Source: Eubacteriales bacterium (lineage in GTDB: Bacteria; Bacillota; Clostridia; Oscillospirales; CAG-272). From it: a DNA stretch of 64,000 bases. The translations under genes and the position numbers were made by a program. The stretch is taken from NCBI GenBank assembly GCA_045657225.1, contig JAZOSR010000035.1:20953-84952 (forward strand), in the 5' to 3' direction. Of this stretch, positions 1 through 8,798 are shown one piece after another. The notes beneath the pieces were generated by a model. The model had not been told where the DNA came from and did not search any database. It saw nothing but the letters and a program-made list of their open reading frames with translations. Every line of letters begins with the position of its first letter. The stretch's first letter is position 1.

Positions 1-396
1 GCGGCAAAGGAATGGAAGCATTCGGTGGAGAGCATGATATTGATGGCAATATCCTCCTCACCCGTCTTGCGCACACTGTGCTGCGTGTGACGGTTCAGAA
101 GCAGCACGTCGCCCGCTTTCATTTTTACCTCGCGGTGCTTGATAACGTGCGTGATCTCGCCTGAGCAAACGTAGGTCATTTCCACGTAGTTGTGACCGTG
201 CGCGGGGAAGCTTGCAAATCTTGTGTGACGGCGCAGGGAGATTTGCTGATCGTCCTCCATCAGGCGGTGGTTGTTGATAATAAACTCCTTGGCAAAGGCA
301 GAATAGAGCTTTTTGTTGATTCTATTTTCGCCCTCGATAATGCGTTGCTCCTCATCGTTGATGAGAGAAAGTCTTGATAAAATTTCAGCTTTCACA
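1..396 (-). CDS. AraC-family transcriptional regulator, N-terminal cupin-type sensor domain (partial; gene continues past window start)
   Basis: Not in ORF track because it runs off the edge. Reverse-strand translation from GTG at 396 (GGAAAGGA upstream) gives VKAEILSRLSLINDEEQRII...RRHTRFASFPAHGHNYVEMTYVCSGEITHVIKHREVKMKAGDVLLLNRHTQHSV, the H-x-H...E and G-D-hydrophobic pattern typical of cupin domains of AraC regulators. Confidence 0.5.
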
Positions 397-411
397 ATGC
401 GTCCTTTCCGA

Positions 412-445
412 TTTTGCCAAGCAAACGGCGGGATTTGGCAAAATA
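412..445. promoter_or_regulatory. 10-bp perfect inverted repeat ATTTTGCCAA-N14-TTGGCAAAAT just upstream of the AraC-family gene start; possible operator
   Basis: Read directly from sequence; position in the leader/promoter region of the divergent regulator gene. Confidence 0.3.
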
Positions 446-540
446 CACCGTCATTATCTTTATTCTACCATAAAAAATAATTATTTGCAATAGGTTAATT
501 AAAAATAGGTCTATTTTTGTAAAATTATCGTTCCAAATGC

Positions 541-575
541 AAAAAAACACCGCCGAATGATTCGGCGGTGTTTTT
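541..575 (-). terminator. Rho-independent terminator downstream of purA (A-tract/T-tract on both sides, could act bidirectionally)
   Basis: CACCGCCGAA-TGA-TTCGGCGGTG 10-bp stem flanked by A7 and T5 runs, 5 nt after the purA stop. Confidence 0.8.
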
Positions 576-579
576 GATT

Positions 580-1854
580 TTAGAACATCTGGATATATGC
601 CTCACGCTCGGCACCAACCGAAACGTATTTGATCTTGCAATCCACAAGCTCCTCAAGCTTCTTGACGTAAGCGAGCAGCTCGGCGGGCATATCCTCAATG
701 GTGCGGCACTTCGAGATGTCGCAGTTCCAACCGTCAACGTACTCGATGATGGGCTTTGCAATGATGAGGTCGTTGCCCGTGGGGAACTCGGTCGTGCGCT
801 TGCCGTTTACGTCGTAAGCAACACAGATCGGGATCTTCTTCATATAGGAAAGAATGTCGGTCTTGGTGAGCGCGATCTCGTCAGCACCCTGTACACGGCA
901 ACCGTAGCGGGAAGCAACGACGTCAAAGGGACCAACGCGACGGGGACGACCCGTAGCGGCACCGTACTCGCCACCGGCGGCACGAAGCTCCTCAGCCTCC
1001 TCACCAAACCACTCGCAGGTGAAGGGACCCTCACCAACGCAGGTGGAGTAAGCCTTCATGATACCGATAACGTTATCAAGCTTCACACCGGGAATGCCCG
1101 CACCGATCGGACCGTAAGCGGCGATCGTGGAGGACGAGGAGGTGTAGGGGTAAATACCGAAATCAATATCACGCAGAGCACCGAGCTGTGCCTCAAACAT
1201 GATGCGCTTGCCAGCCTTAACGGCGTCGGTAAGATAAACACCCGTGTCAACGATGTAGTCACGGAAGATATCAGCATATTTCTTCAGCCAAGCAAAGAGC
1301 TCGTCGTAAACGAGGGGCTCTGCGCCGTACATGCCCTCAACCATCAGGGACTTGTAGGCAACCACGCCCTTGAGGCGCTTTGCAAGGTAATCAAGATCAA
1401 GCAGATCACCCATGCGAATGCATTTCTTAAGGTACTTGTCGCCGTAAACGGGACCGATACCGCGGCGGGTGGAGCCGTATTTTTCGCCTGCAAGACGCTC
1501 TTCCTCAAGGCAGTCGAGCTGCACGTGGTAGGGAAGCGTGAGAATGGCGCGGTCGCTGATCTTGAGGTTCTTGGGCGAGATCTCAATGCCGCCCTCGCGA
1601 AGGCTTGCAGCCTCCTTGTCAAGGTGTGCGAGGTCAATTGCCATACCGTTACCCATGACGCACACAACGTCGGGGCGCAGAATGCCCGAGGGCAACAGAT
1701 TGAGCACGAACTTGCCGCGCTCGTTAATAACGGTGTGACCCGCGTTGTTGCCGCCCTGATAGCGTACAACGATGTCCTGCTGTTCGGAAAGAAGGTCGAC
1801 CATGCGGCCCTTACCTTCATCTCCCCAGTTAATACCAACAATAGATGTGAGCAT
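580..1854 (-). CDS. purA: adenylosuccinate synthetase
   Basis: 424 aa; N-terminus INWGDEGKGRMVDLL...YQGGNNAGHTV is the PurA P-loop/GTP signature; full-length collinear with PurA. Confidence 0.97.
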   Translation of the reverse strand: MLTSIVGINWGDEGKGRMVDLLSEQQDIVVRYQGGNNAGHTVINERGKFVLNLLPSGILRPDVVCVMGNGMAIDLAHLDKEAASLREGGIEISPKNLKISDRAILTLPYHVQLDCLEEERLAGEKYGSTRRGIGPVYGDKYLKKCIRMGDLLDLDYLAKRLKGVVAYKSLMVEGMYGAEPLVYDELFAWLKKYADIFRDYIVDTGVYLTDAVKAGKRIMFEAQLGALRDIDFGIYPYTSSSSTIAAYGPIGAGIPGVKLDNVIGIMKAYSTCVGEGPFTCEWFGEEAEELRAAGGEYGAATGRPRRVGPFDVVASRYGCRVQGADEIALTKTDILSYMKKIPICVAYDVNGKRTTEFPTGNDLIIAKPIIEYVDGWNCDISKCRTIEDMPAELLAYVKKLEELVDCKIKYVSVGAEREAYIQMF

Positions 1855-1887
1855 AAATGCTACCTCCTCATTTTTTCAACATTTTAT

Positions 1888-1916
1888 ATTATAACAAATA
1901 TTTTACCGATTTGCAA
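1888..1916 (-). promoter_or_regulatory. sigma-A type promoter for purA (TTGCAA-17-TATAAT)
   Basis: On the minus strand TTGCAA (1911-1916), 17-nt spacer, TATAAT (1888-1893), about 30 nt upstream of the purA SD GAGGAGG. Confidence 0.6.
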
Positions 1917-1987
1917 CTGTAAAAATAAAATTTTAGGTAAAAAAATGATATTTTTTGATATAGGGTGTCTTAAAATCGGGTGTTTTT

Positions 1988-2806
1988 TTAAGCTTCCTTG
2001 TTTTGACGCAGTATCTCGAAGGCAAGAACCGTCGTTGCGGCGGCGGTGGAAAGTGAGCCGCGAAAGCTTCTTCCGTAATCGATTCTGACGTTTTGGTCGA
2101 TCGTTTCGGCAACGGCGGCACAAATACCGCGCTTTTCGCCACCAACGACCAAAAGGATCGGTTTTTTGAGGTTTGCCTCGGTGTGGGAAACGGAATCGCG
2201 GATCGAGGCGGCGATCACGGTGTAGCCAAGAGATTTGGCGAGCTTGATGGTTTCAAGTGAATCTCCGCAAAAGGCGGGAAGCGCCTCGGAGGCGCCTGCC
2301 GATGCCTTGGCGACAACCCCCGCGGCTGAAAACCAATTGCGCGTGCCCGTAAGGATCGCGTCGCACCCCGCGGCGTAAAGCGAGCGCAGAGAATAGCCGA
2401 AATTGTAGGGGTCCTCAATGCCGTCAAGCAGGCAAAGAAAGGCGTTTTTCGGTAAATTTTCGGCAGTGGGCAAGGGGAGAGTGCGCGCCGTACAGCGAGC
2501 GACCACGCCGCCGTGCGTGTTGCCAACGCCAAGCGCGTCGATGGTAGCGGCATCGGTGACGGTCAGCAAAAAGCCAAGCTCCTTTGCCTTATGCTCAAGA
2601 AAACGAAATTCACGTTGCTTTTTCTTGATTTTTTCTTTATCAAATAGGATTTCAACAATGCTGCGGTCATTGGTACCAATCTCCTTGGCACCAATCAGGG
2701 CAGAAATGGAGGTCATACCCTCCAAAATGCAGATATTGTCAAAATCAAGGTTTTCTCGACCCATAAAAAACGCGCTCCTTGGTTCTTTTTTGAAGAAAAT
2801 AGACAT
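1988..2806 (-). CDS. TrmH/SpoU-family RNA 2'-O-methyltransferase (RlmB-like)
   Basis: 272 aa; C-terminal LLVVGGEKRGI ... GSLSTAAATTVLAFEI matches the SpoU methylase knot motifs. Confidence 0.85.
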   Translation of the reverse strand: MSIFFKKEPRSAFFMGRENLDFDNICILEGMTSISALIGAKEIGTNDRSIVEILFDKEKIKKKQREFRFLEHKAKELGFLLTVTDAATIDALGVGNTHGGVVARCTARTLPLPTAENLPKNAFLCLLDGIEDPYNFGYSLRSLYAAGCDAILTGTRNWFSAAGVVAKASAGASEALPAFCGDSLETIKLAKSLGYTVIAASIRDSVSHTEANLKKPILLVVGGEKRGICAAVAETIDQNVRIDYGRSFRGSLSTAAATTVLAFEILRQNKEA

Positions 2807-2883
2807 ACCTTAAAAATAAAGGGCGTGCCCACTACCAAGTATAACAGATATTTGGCAAAATTTCAACAGAGAAGAGTAGAATT

Positions 2884-3156
2884 ATGAAGCAATTTTTAGA
2901 ATTAACCAGATGCGAGCGACTTGGCAGATATATCGTTGATCACTGTGCCACCGTGCGTAGCACGGCAGGGCATTTTCTTATCAGCAAAAGCACGGTACAT
3001 AAGGACGTGACAGTCCATTTAAAGGGAATTGACCAAGCGCTTTACGAGGAGGTGCGCGAGGTGCTTGAAAAGAACAAATCCGAGCGCCATCTGCGCGGTG
3101 GCGCCGCTACCAAGCAAAAATATAAAGAACGGGAAAAGCGCTATTTCGGCGCGTGA
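2884..3156 (+). CDS. spoIIID: stage III sporulation protein D, DNA-binding regulator
   Basis: 90 aa; ...RLGRYIVDHCATVRSTAGHFLISKSTVHKDVT...SERHLRGGAATKQKY closely parallels B. subtilis SpoIIID (KSTVHKD, RHLRGG motifs). Confidence 0.9.
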   Translation: MKQFLELTRCERLGRYIVDHCATVRSTAGHFLISKSTVHKDVTVHLKGIDQALYEEVREVLEKNKSERHLRGGAATKQKYKEREKRYFGA

Positions 3157-3160
3157 AAGT

Positions 3161-3194
3161 AAAAAAGAACCGATGATAAATCGGTTCTTTTTTT
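3161..3194 (+). terminator. Rho-independent terminator after spoIIID
   Basis: AAGAACCGA-TGATAAA-TCGGTTCTT stem followed by T7. Confidence 0.8.
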
Positions 3195-3276
3195 GTACCG
3201 CAGGGATGGCAAAGCAAAGGAACAATCCATCTCGCTAATCGGGAGGAGGACGAGGGCAAAAATGTTGCCGAAGCCG

Positions 3277-3305
3277 TTGACGAAAGCGGCAAGGTGAGGT
3301 ATAAT
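3277..3305 (+). promoter_or_regulatory. near-consensus promoter TTGACG-17-TATAAT
   Basis: TTGACG 3277-3282, 17-nt spacer, TATAAT 3300-3305; it overlaps the GTG start (3294) that the ORF track assigns to the 274-aa ORF. Confidence 0.6.
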
Positions 3306-4118
3306 AAAAGGGTACCCAGCGGTAACGATTTTGCAACCAAAGCAATGATTTGGGCGAGATCTGATGGTACACTGATTGGTGAGAAAAAAGCGCTCATCAA
3401 TGGTGATGTTGTTATCATAAAGACGAAGGATGAATATGAGGTAATTGGGGATTATCCCAACCAAAACAAGAACAGCATTGATCAAATCTATGAGAAAGTG
3501 AGAGGGAACAATGAAGGATTATATGGAAGCCTTCATAGCAGTATTAGCGCATACGAAGCTATCACGGGAGGGGGTTCACTACATAGCGGAAGCAATGTGG
3601 GAAAAACGGGGCTTCACGGACAAAATGGTGGAATACATCAAAGCCAATCCGGAGGCAACAGAGTCGGACCTTCTCGAGGAAGCAAACAGAATCGTGGTCC
3701 AATAAAACCCGTACGGTATGATCTGGCTAATATGACCGACGATGGCTGGGTAGAGGTTACTTATTCGGACGGTACCATAGGGCGACAAAATGTTAACGAT
3801 AAGAAAAATTTTGGAAAGCCCAAATACTCCCACAACGCGAGTGAAACAGTGACACTTTCCAAAGGGCAGATCGCGGCATTGCGTGCCAATTACGAGGGCG
3901 ACAAGGTCTTTACCAAGAAGGAGGTCGCCGCGGCGATCAAGACCATTGATGCTTTGCAAAGCCTTCCTGCGAAAGCTGTCAAATCATCACAATCCAACTC
4001 AAACAACCCATCAGCGCGGGCAAGGGAATTTATCCCCCCGCGCCTATTTATTCACACACACTTTTATACAAAATACAAGTTTTATATAAAACAGGGAATG
4101 GGAAAGGCGGTTTTTTGA
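3294..4118 (+). CDS. hypothetical ORF, possibly a decayed mobile-element remnant (start uncertain; predicted start lies inside a promoter)
   Basis: 274-aa open frame with a G/S/N low-complexity middle that overlaps a better-supported 64-aa ORF in another frame; no SD before in-frame ATGs (3345, 3726 region). No family recognised. Confidence 0.3.
   Translation: MRYNKRVPSGNDFATKAMIWARSDGTLIGEKKALINGDVVIIKTKDEYEVIGDYPNQNKNSIDQIYEKVRGNNEGLYGSLHSSISAYEAITGGGSLHSGSNVGKTGLHGQNGGIHQSQSGGNRVGPSRGSKQNRGPIKPVRYDLANMTDDGWVEVTYSDGTIGRQNVNDKKNFGKPKYSHNASETVTLSKGQIAALRANYEGDKVFTKKEVAAAIKTIDALQSLPAKAVKSSQSNSNNPSARAREFIPPRLFIHTHFYTKYKFYIKQGMGKAVF
3511..3705 (+). CDS. hypothetical small helical protein (64 aa)
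   Basis: SD-like GAGAGGGA just upstream of ATG; balanced, helix-like composition (MKDYMEAFIAVLAHTKLSREGVHYIAEAMWEKRGFTDKMVEYIK...). Confidence 0.4.
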   Translation: MKDYMEAFIAVLAHTKLSREGVHYIAEAMWEKRGFTDKMVEYIKANPEATESDLLEEANRIVVQ

Positions 4119-4502
4119 GGGTTTTTGCTTTTTTTGGTGTTGGTGTCTTATGTTTGGGGCGTTTACGTATAATTATCGTGTCAGGGCTATTAAGGATTGG
4201 CTGATCCTTGATTGGTATTTGTCTTGCGGGATGTGCTTTTATAAATTTGTATTTTTATATCGGTTCCATGGCTCTGTGTGAGTTAGCGTGATTTATTTAT
4301 CAATTAAAATTTTGATGTGCAACGGTGTTTCCTCCGTTTGCGATCATTATTTTAATTGCGCTTTTTTATTATCGTCTTCTATCCAGCCCTTTTACTGTTT
4401 GTTTTTATCCTTATTTTCCTTTTGCGTGAAAAATAACGTGGCGTCCCTAAAATCGGCATTTAAAATTTTTGATTGTGGCGGACAACTCCATCGTTTTTAC
4501 CC

Positions 4503-4728
4503 AAAATTTTAAATGCTCTTTTCGAGTGTTATTTTTGCGTTTAAAATTTTTCTTTTAACAGTACCGTTTATCGTTGTCTTTCAAAATTTTCAATGCGGTT
4601 TTTAAAACCGATCGATCAGATTGCAAAAATAATACGCCGTCTTTACAACGTTTTTTTGATTGCTTTATTTTTACGCGCGTGCCGAAAAGTCATTTGAAAA
4701 TAAAATTTTAAATGCTGCTTTTAAAACC
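4503..4728. repeat. dispersed AAAATTTT(A/C)AATGC...TTTTAAAACC motif copies in a 680-bp AT-rich non-coding spacer
   Basis: 27-nt copies at 4583-4609 and 4702-4728 (24/27 identical) and a 14-nt partial copy at 4503-4516. Confidence 0.5.
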
Positions 4729-4803
4729 ACCTGTTTTCGCAATTGTTGACTAATCAACAAAAAAAGAAAGAGGGAAATAAAAAATTAAATTTCAGAAAAA
4801 CAT

Positions 4804-4832
4804 TTGCACTTTTTGAAAATATATGTTATAAT
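4804..4832 (+). promoter_or_regulatory. promoter TTGCAC-17-TATAAT
   Basis: TTGCAC 4804-4809, 17-nt spacer, TATAAT 4827-4832, upstream of SD GGAGGA and ATG 4864. Confidence 0.6.
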
Positions 4833-4863
4833 AAGACAAATAAATTTTTGGAGGACCATTCAA

Positions 4864-5289
4864 ATGGCAATTAAAATGCGTGTGCTTTACGCATCCGGCA
4901 AGGCAAAGATCGCTCAGATGGCTGACATCATCAAGGACGAGTACGATCTTGCGATCAACGCCGTAGACAAGATCCCCCCTGCATATTCCTGCAACAACGA
5001 GCGCCTTGTGGTGCTGATGTTTTCCATGAAGGGCGACCCCGATGACCAGGTTCGTCTGTTCTGCCAGGAGCTGACCAAGGCTCGCGCGCAAAACGTCGCT
5101 TTGGTGATGGACGGCAATGAGGCTGCTGCCAACAAAATGAAGGACATTTTGAAGGCTGCGGGCACCAACGTCGCTGACGAGGTATTTTACGTCAAGTGCG
5201 CTTTCCTTCCCTTCCTTGACAAGATCAAGCCCGAGGAAAAGGAAGCTCTGCTTGCTTTCACCCACCGCATTGTAGACAGCCTGCAATAA
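4864..5289 (+). CDS. hypothetical protein, flavodoxin-like fold suspected
   Basis: Start moved to ATG 4864 (SD GGAGGA 7 nt upstream). MAIKMRVLYASGKAKIAQMADII... alternating beta-alpha pattern; family not recognised with confidence. Confidence 0.7.
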   Translation: MAIKMRVLYASGKAKIAQMADIIKDEYDLAINAVDKIPPAYSCNNERLVVLMFSMKGDPDDQVRLFCQELTKARAQNVALVMDGNEAAANKMKDILKAAGTNVADEVFYVKCAFLPFLDKIKPEEKEALLAFTHRIVDSLQ

Positions 5290-5294
5290 AAATT

Positions 5295-5338
5295 CAAGCC
5301 GATTTTAGGGATTTTTCCTTGAAATCGGCTTGTTTTTG
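5295..5338 (+). terminator. Rho-independent terminator
   Basis: CAAGCCGATTT ... AAATCGGCTTG 11-bp stem followed by T5. Confidence 0.8.
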
Positions 5339-5370
5339 TTAAAATAATGAAAAATTTCATTCTTTTGGTG

Positions 5371-5399
5371 TTGCTCTTGTTTAAGATTTATGTTATAAT
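5371..5399 (+). promoter_or_regulatory. promoter TTGCTC-17-TATAAT
   Basis: Read from sequence upstream of the apgM-like gene. Confidence 0.55.
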
Positions 5400-5446
5400 A
5401 ATTTAATCATAAATTCCCACGCACACGCGCATATACGAGGTGTAAT

Positions 5447-6661
5447 ATGAAATATTTAGTTTTAATACCCGATGGCATGGCTGATGAGCCTATCGCTTCC
5501 CTGCAAGACAAAACCCCCATGGAGGTGGCAAAAAAGCCCAACATGGACGCGCTTGCAAAAACGGCATTGGTCGGCACGGTGTCAAACGTGCCCGCCGATA
5601 TGGTGCCCGAGAGCGATACTGCCAATCTTGCTATTCTTTCTTACGATCCCAAGATCTTTTCCAAGGGGCGCTCTCCCCTTGAGGCGGTCAGCATGGGCAT
5701 TGAAATGCAGCCCGATGAAACGGCGTACCGCTGCAACGTCGTGACCCTTTCCGACAACGGCGAGGATTACGAGGACAAGATCATTCTTGACCACAGTGCC
5801 GATGAGATCACAACGGCAGAGGCGGACGTTTTAATTCGCGCCGTGCAGGAAAAATTCGGCAACGATCTCCGTCACTTTTATACGGGTATCAGCTACCGTC
5901 ATTGTCTCATTAAAAAGAACGGCAACGACCGCTATCCCTTCATGCGCCCCCACGATATTCTCGGCAAGCGCATTGGCGAGTATCTGCCCGAAAAGACAGG
6001 CGACGGCAAGGAATTTTACGATCTGATGCGTGAGAGCTTTGATCTTCTCAATCACCACCCCGTCAACGAGGCAAGACGCGCAAGAGGACTTAAGCCCGCC
6101 AACTCGATTTGGTTCTGGAGCCCCGGCAAAAAGCCGCAGCTTCCCTCCTTTAGCGAAAAATGGGGGGTGAAGGGCGCCGTGATTTCTGCCGTTGACCTCA
6201 TCAAGGGCATCGGTCTTTGCGCCGGCATGCGCTCGATCGACGTTGAGGGCGCTACCGGTAATGTGCACACAAATTACAAGGGTAAGGCAGACGCCGCGAT
6301 CTCCGCTTTTGCCGAGGGCTATGAGCTCGTTTACGTGCACGTGGAGGCACCCGACGAGTGCGGACACCGTGCCGAGCTTGAAAACAAGGTATTGTCGATC
6401 GAGCTCATCGACCGTGATATACTCGGTCCCGTGGTTGAATACCTGAAAAGCACGGGCGAGGATTTCAAGGTGATGCTCCTGCCCGATCACCCCACGCCGA
6501 TCCGTGCGCGCACGCACACGATCGACCCTGTTCCCTTCTTCATTTACGCATCCGACGCGGTGCTTGAGGGCGTTGAGAGATTCAATGAGAAAACCGCTAC
6601 CGCCAAGAATAATTATCTTGCAAACGGCTATAAACTGATGGGGATACTGACCGAAAAATAA
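5447..6661 (+). CDS. apgM: cofactor-independent phosphoglycerate mutase family protein (archaeal ApgM type; alternative role as non-canonical homoserine kinase possible)
   Basis: 404 aa; MKYLVLIPDGMADEPI...KTPMEVAKKPNMDALA N-terminus and HVEAPDECGH metal-site motif typical of the ApgM/COG3635 family. Confidence 0.85.
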   Translation: MKYLVLIPDGMADEPIASLQDKTPMEVAKKPNMDALAKTALVGTVSNVPADMVPESDTANLAILSYDPKIFSKGRSPLEAVSMGIEMQPDETAYRCNVVTLSDNGEDYEDKIILDHSADEITTAEADVLIRAVQEKFGNDLRHFYTGISYRHCLIKKNGNDRYPFMRPHDILGKRIGEYLPEKTGDGKEFYDLMRESFDLLNHHPVNEARRARGLKPANSIWFWSPGKKPQLPSFSEKWGVKGAVISAVDLIKGIGLCAGMRSIDVEGATGNVHTNYKGKADAAISAFAEGYELVYVHVEAPDECGHRAELENKVLSIELIDRDILGPVVEYLKSTGEDFKVMLLPDHPTPIRARTHTIDPVPFFIYASDAVLEGVERFNEKTATAKNNYLANGYKLMGILTEK

Positions 6662-6679
6662 TCAAAGGGAGTTTTTCTG

Positions 6680-7309
6680 ATGGGAGAAGCAGCCAGAAAA
6701 AAGAAAACGCAAGCCGAGCAGGAAAAAGTTACCCCTGCCGTTGCTATTCTTGAATATATGGAAATGTTTGTGTTTGCCGTGGTGTTTGTCATTCTTTTAC
6801 TCACCTTTGCGCTTCGCCTTTGTGAGGTGGACGGCCCCTCCATGAACAATACGCTCACAGAGGGCGAGCGACTTCTCATTTCCGATCTTTTTTACACACC
6901 AAAGCAAAATGATATTATCGTCTTTCACTTGACCGATTCCCCCAATCCGCATTATAACAAGCCGATCGTCAAGCGCGTGATCGCCACGGGTGGACAGTTT
7001 GTGAAGATAGACTATATGCAAAATCAAGTGTTCGTATCAAATGACGATGTCTTTACCGAGGATGAGATCATAGACGAGAGTGGCTACGCGTATTTTAGTG
7101 CCAATTACGGCGGCACGTGGCGCGAAGCCGTACAAAATGAACCGCCGGAGGTATTTGCCGTTCCGGAAGGTAAGCTTTTTGTGATGGGTGATAATCGCAA
7201 CAATTCCGCGGATAGCCGCAATAAGGATATTGGCTTTGTTGACGAGGACTGCGTGCTTGGCAGAGCGCTTTGCTGTGTGATGCCCTTTTCCTCGTTCCGC
7301 ACACTTTAA
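6680..7309 (+). CDS. lepB: signal peptidase I
   Basis: N-terminal TM, GPSMNNTL (catalytic Ser), VKRVIATGG (catalytic Lys), GDNRNNSADSR boxes. Confidence 0.9.
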   Translation: MGEAARKKKTQAEQEKVTPAVAILEYMEMFVFAVVFVILLLTFALRLCEVDGPSMNNTLTEGERLLISDLFYTPKQNDIIVFHLTDSPNPHYNKPIVKRVIATGGQFVKIDYMQNQVFVSNDDVFTEDEIIDESGYAYFSANYGGTWREAVQNEPPEVFAVPEGKLFVMGDNRNNSADSRNKDIGFVDEDCVLGRALCCVMPFSSFRTL

Positions 7310-7320
7310 TGAGGTGAATT

Positions 7321-8202
7321 ATGCCAACCGATATTATACAGTGGTTTCCGGGCCACATGGCGAAAACAAGGCGCCTGATCTCGGAAAAATTAAAGCAGGT
7401 GGATATTATTATTGAGCTGCTTGACGCACGCATTCCGAAAAGCTCTCGCAATCCCGAGATCGCGAAGCTGACTGAGGGAAAGCCGATCGTCACGCTTTTA
7501 AATAAATCCGCGCTTGCTGACCCCAAGGAAACCGATAAATGGATCGCCTTTTACACGGGTAAGGGACAGCGCTGTCTTGCCTTTGACTGCGTTTCCAAAA
7601 AAGGACTTGACCGCTTAATGCCTACGGTGCGAGAGGTGCTTGCCGAAAAGATCGAGCGCTATGAGCAAAAGGGCATGAGCGGCAGACGCTTGCGTGCTAT
7701 GGTGGTGGGTATCCCGAACGTTGGAAAATCCTCACTGATCAATTTGCTCGGTGGCAGCAAAAAGGCAAAGGTTGAAAACCGTCCCGGCGTGACCCTTGCC
7801 CCGCAATGGATCACCACGCGCGAGGGTATTGACCTTATGGACATGCCCGGCGTTTTGTGGCCGCGCTTTGACGATCGCGCCACGGGCGAGAATCTTGCTA
7901 TCACGGGCGCCATTAAGGACGATGTGGTGGAGATCGAAACACTTGCCTTCGTGCTTTGCCGTCGCCTGCGCGAGCAATACCCTGCTCTGCTTGCGGCACG
8001 GTATAAAATTGAGGATTCCGTCTTGTCCGGTGACATGACCGACTATGAATTATTTGAATATATCGGTAAAAAACGCGGCTTCCTTGTCAGCGGCGGCGAG
8101 GTGAATACCGAGCGCACCGCCAATATGCTGCTTGATGAATTTCGCGCGGCAAAGATCGGTCGCATTACGCTTGACCGCTTTGAGGAGGTGGCAAAATGCT
8201 GA
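7321..8202 (+). CDS. rbgA: ribosome biogenesis GTPase A (YlqF/RbgA)
   Basis: IQWFPGHMAKTRR start, circularly permuted GTPase motifs (LNKSAL ... GIPNVGKSSLIN ... DMPG). Confidence 0.93.
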   Translation: MPTDIIQWFPGHMAKTRRLISEKLKQVDIIIELLDARIPKSSRNPEIAKLTEGKPIVTLLNKSALADPKETDKWIAFYTGKGQRCLAFDCVSKKGLDRLMPTVREVLAEKIERYEQKGMSGRRLRAMVVGIPNVGKSSLINLLGGSKKAKVENRPGVTLAPQWITTREGIDLMDMPGVLWPRFDDRATGENLAITGAIKDDVVEIETLAFVLCRRLREQYPALLAARYKIEDSVLSGDMTDYELFEYIGKKRGFLVSGGEVNTERTANMLLDEFRAAKIGRITLDRFEEVAKC

Positions 8203-8798
8203 CATATGAGCTTGAATCCGCCCTTGAAAGCGAAGGCTTCCAAGCGATTTGCGGCGTTGACGAGGCGGGGCGAGGCCCGTTGTGCGGACCTGTTGCCGCT
8301 GCCGCTTGTATCCTGCCCACGGGGCTTGTGATCGAGGGGCTGAACGACTCCAAAAAGTTAACCGAAGCCAAGCGAGAAAAGCTTTACGACGAGATCACGA
8401 AAAACGCGGTAGCCTGGTGCGTGGCACTTGGTAGTGTCGAGGAGATCAACGAAACCGACATTCTCTCCACTACCCTACATACCATGCGCCGCGCGATCGA
8501 GGGCTTGCAGATAAAGGCGGATTACGCCCTGATTGACGGCAATATCACACGCGGCTTTACGCTTCCCTGCCGCGCCGTTGTGCACGGCGATGCCACTTCG
8601 CCCAGTATTGCCGCCGCCTCTATTCTTGCCAAGGTCACGCGTGACCGCATTTGCGCCGAGCTTGATGCGGCATATCCGCAATATGGCATTGCCAAGCACA
8701 AGGGCTATGGCACCAAGGCGCATATGGACGCTCTGCGTCAATACGGTCCCGCTCCCATTTACCGCACGAAATTCATTCGTTTTCTTGACGAAAAATGA
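8196..8798 (+). CDS. rnhB: ribonuclease HII
   Basis: GVDEAGRGPLCGPV active-site motif; 200 aa; classical rbgA-rnhB neighbourhood. Confidence 0.95.
   Translation: MLTYELESALESEGFQAICGVDEAGRGPLCGPVAAAACILPTGLVIEGLNDSKKLTEAKREKLYDEITKNAVAWCVALGSVEEINETDILSTTLHTMRRAIEGLQIKADYALIDGNITRGFTLPCRAVVHGDATSPSIAAASILAKVTRDRICAELDAAYPQYGIAKHKGYGTKAHMDALRQYGPAPIYRTKFIRFLDEK

Noticed and set aside
568-2088. 506-aa ORF on the plus strand
   Set aside because: It lies entirely antisense to purA (which has an unmistakable signature) and runs through its promoter. It has no SD and a low-complexity Gly/Ala/Val/Thr composition typical of a shadow frame.
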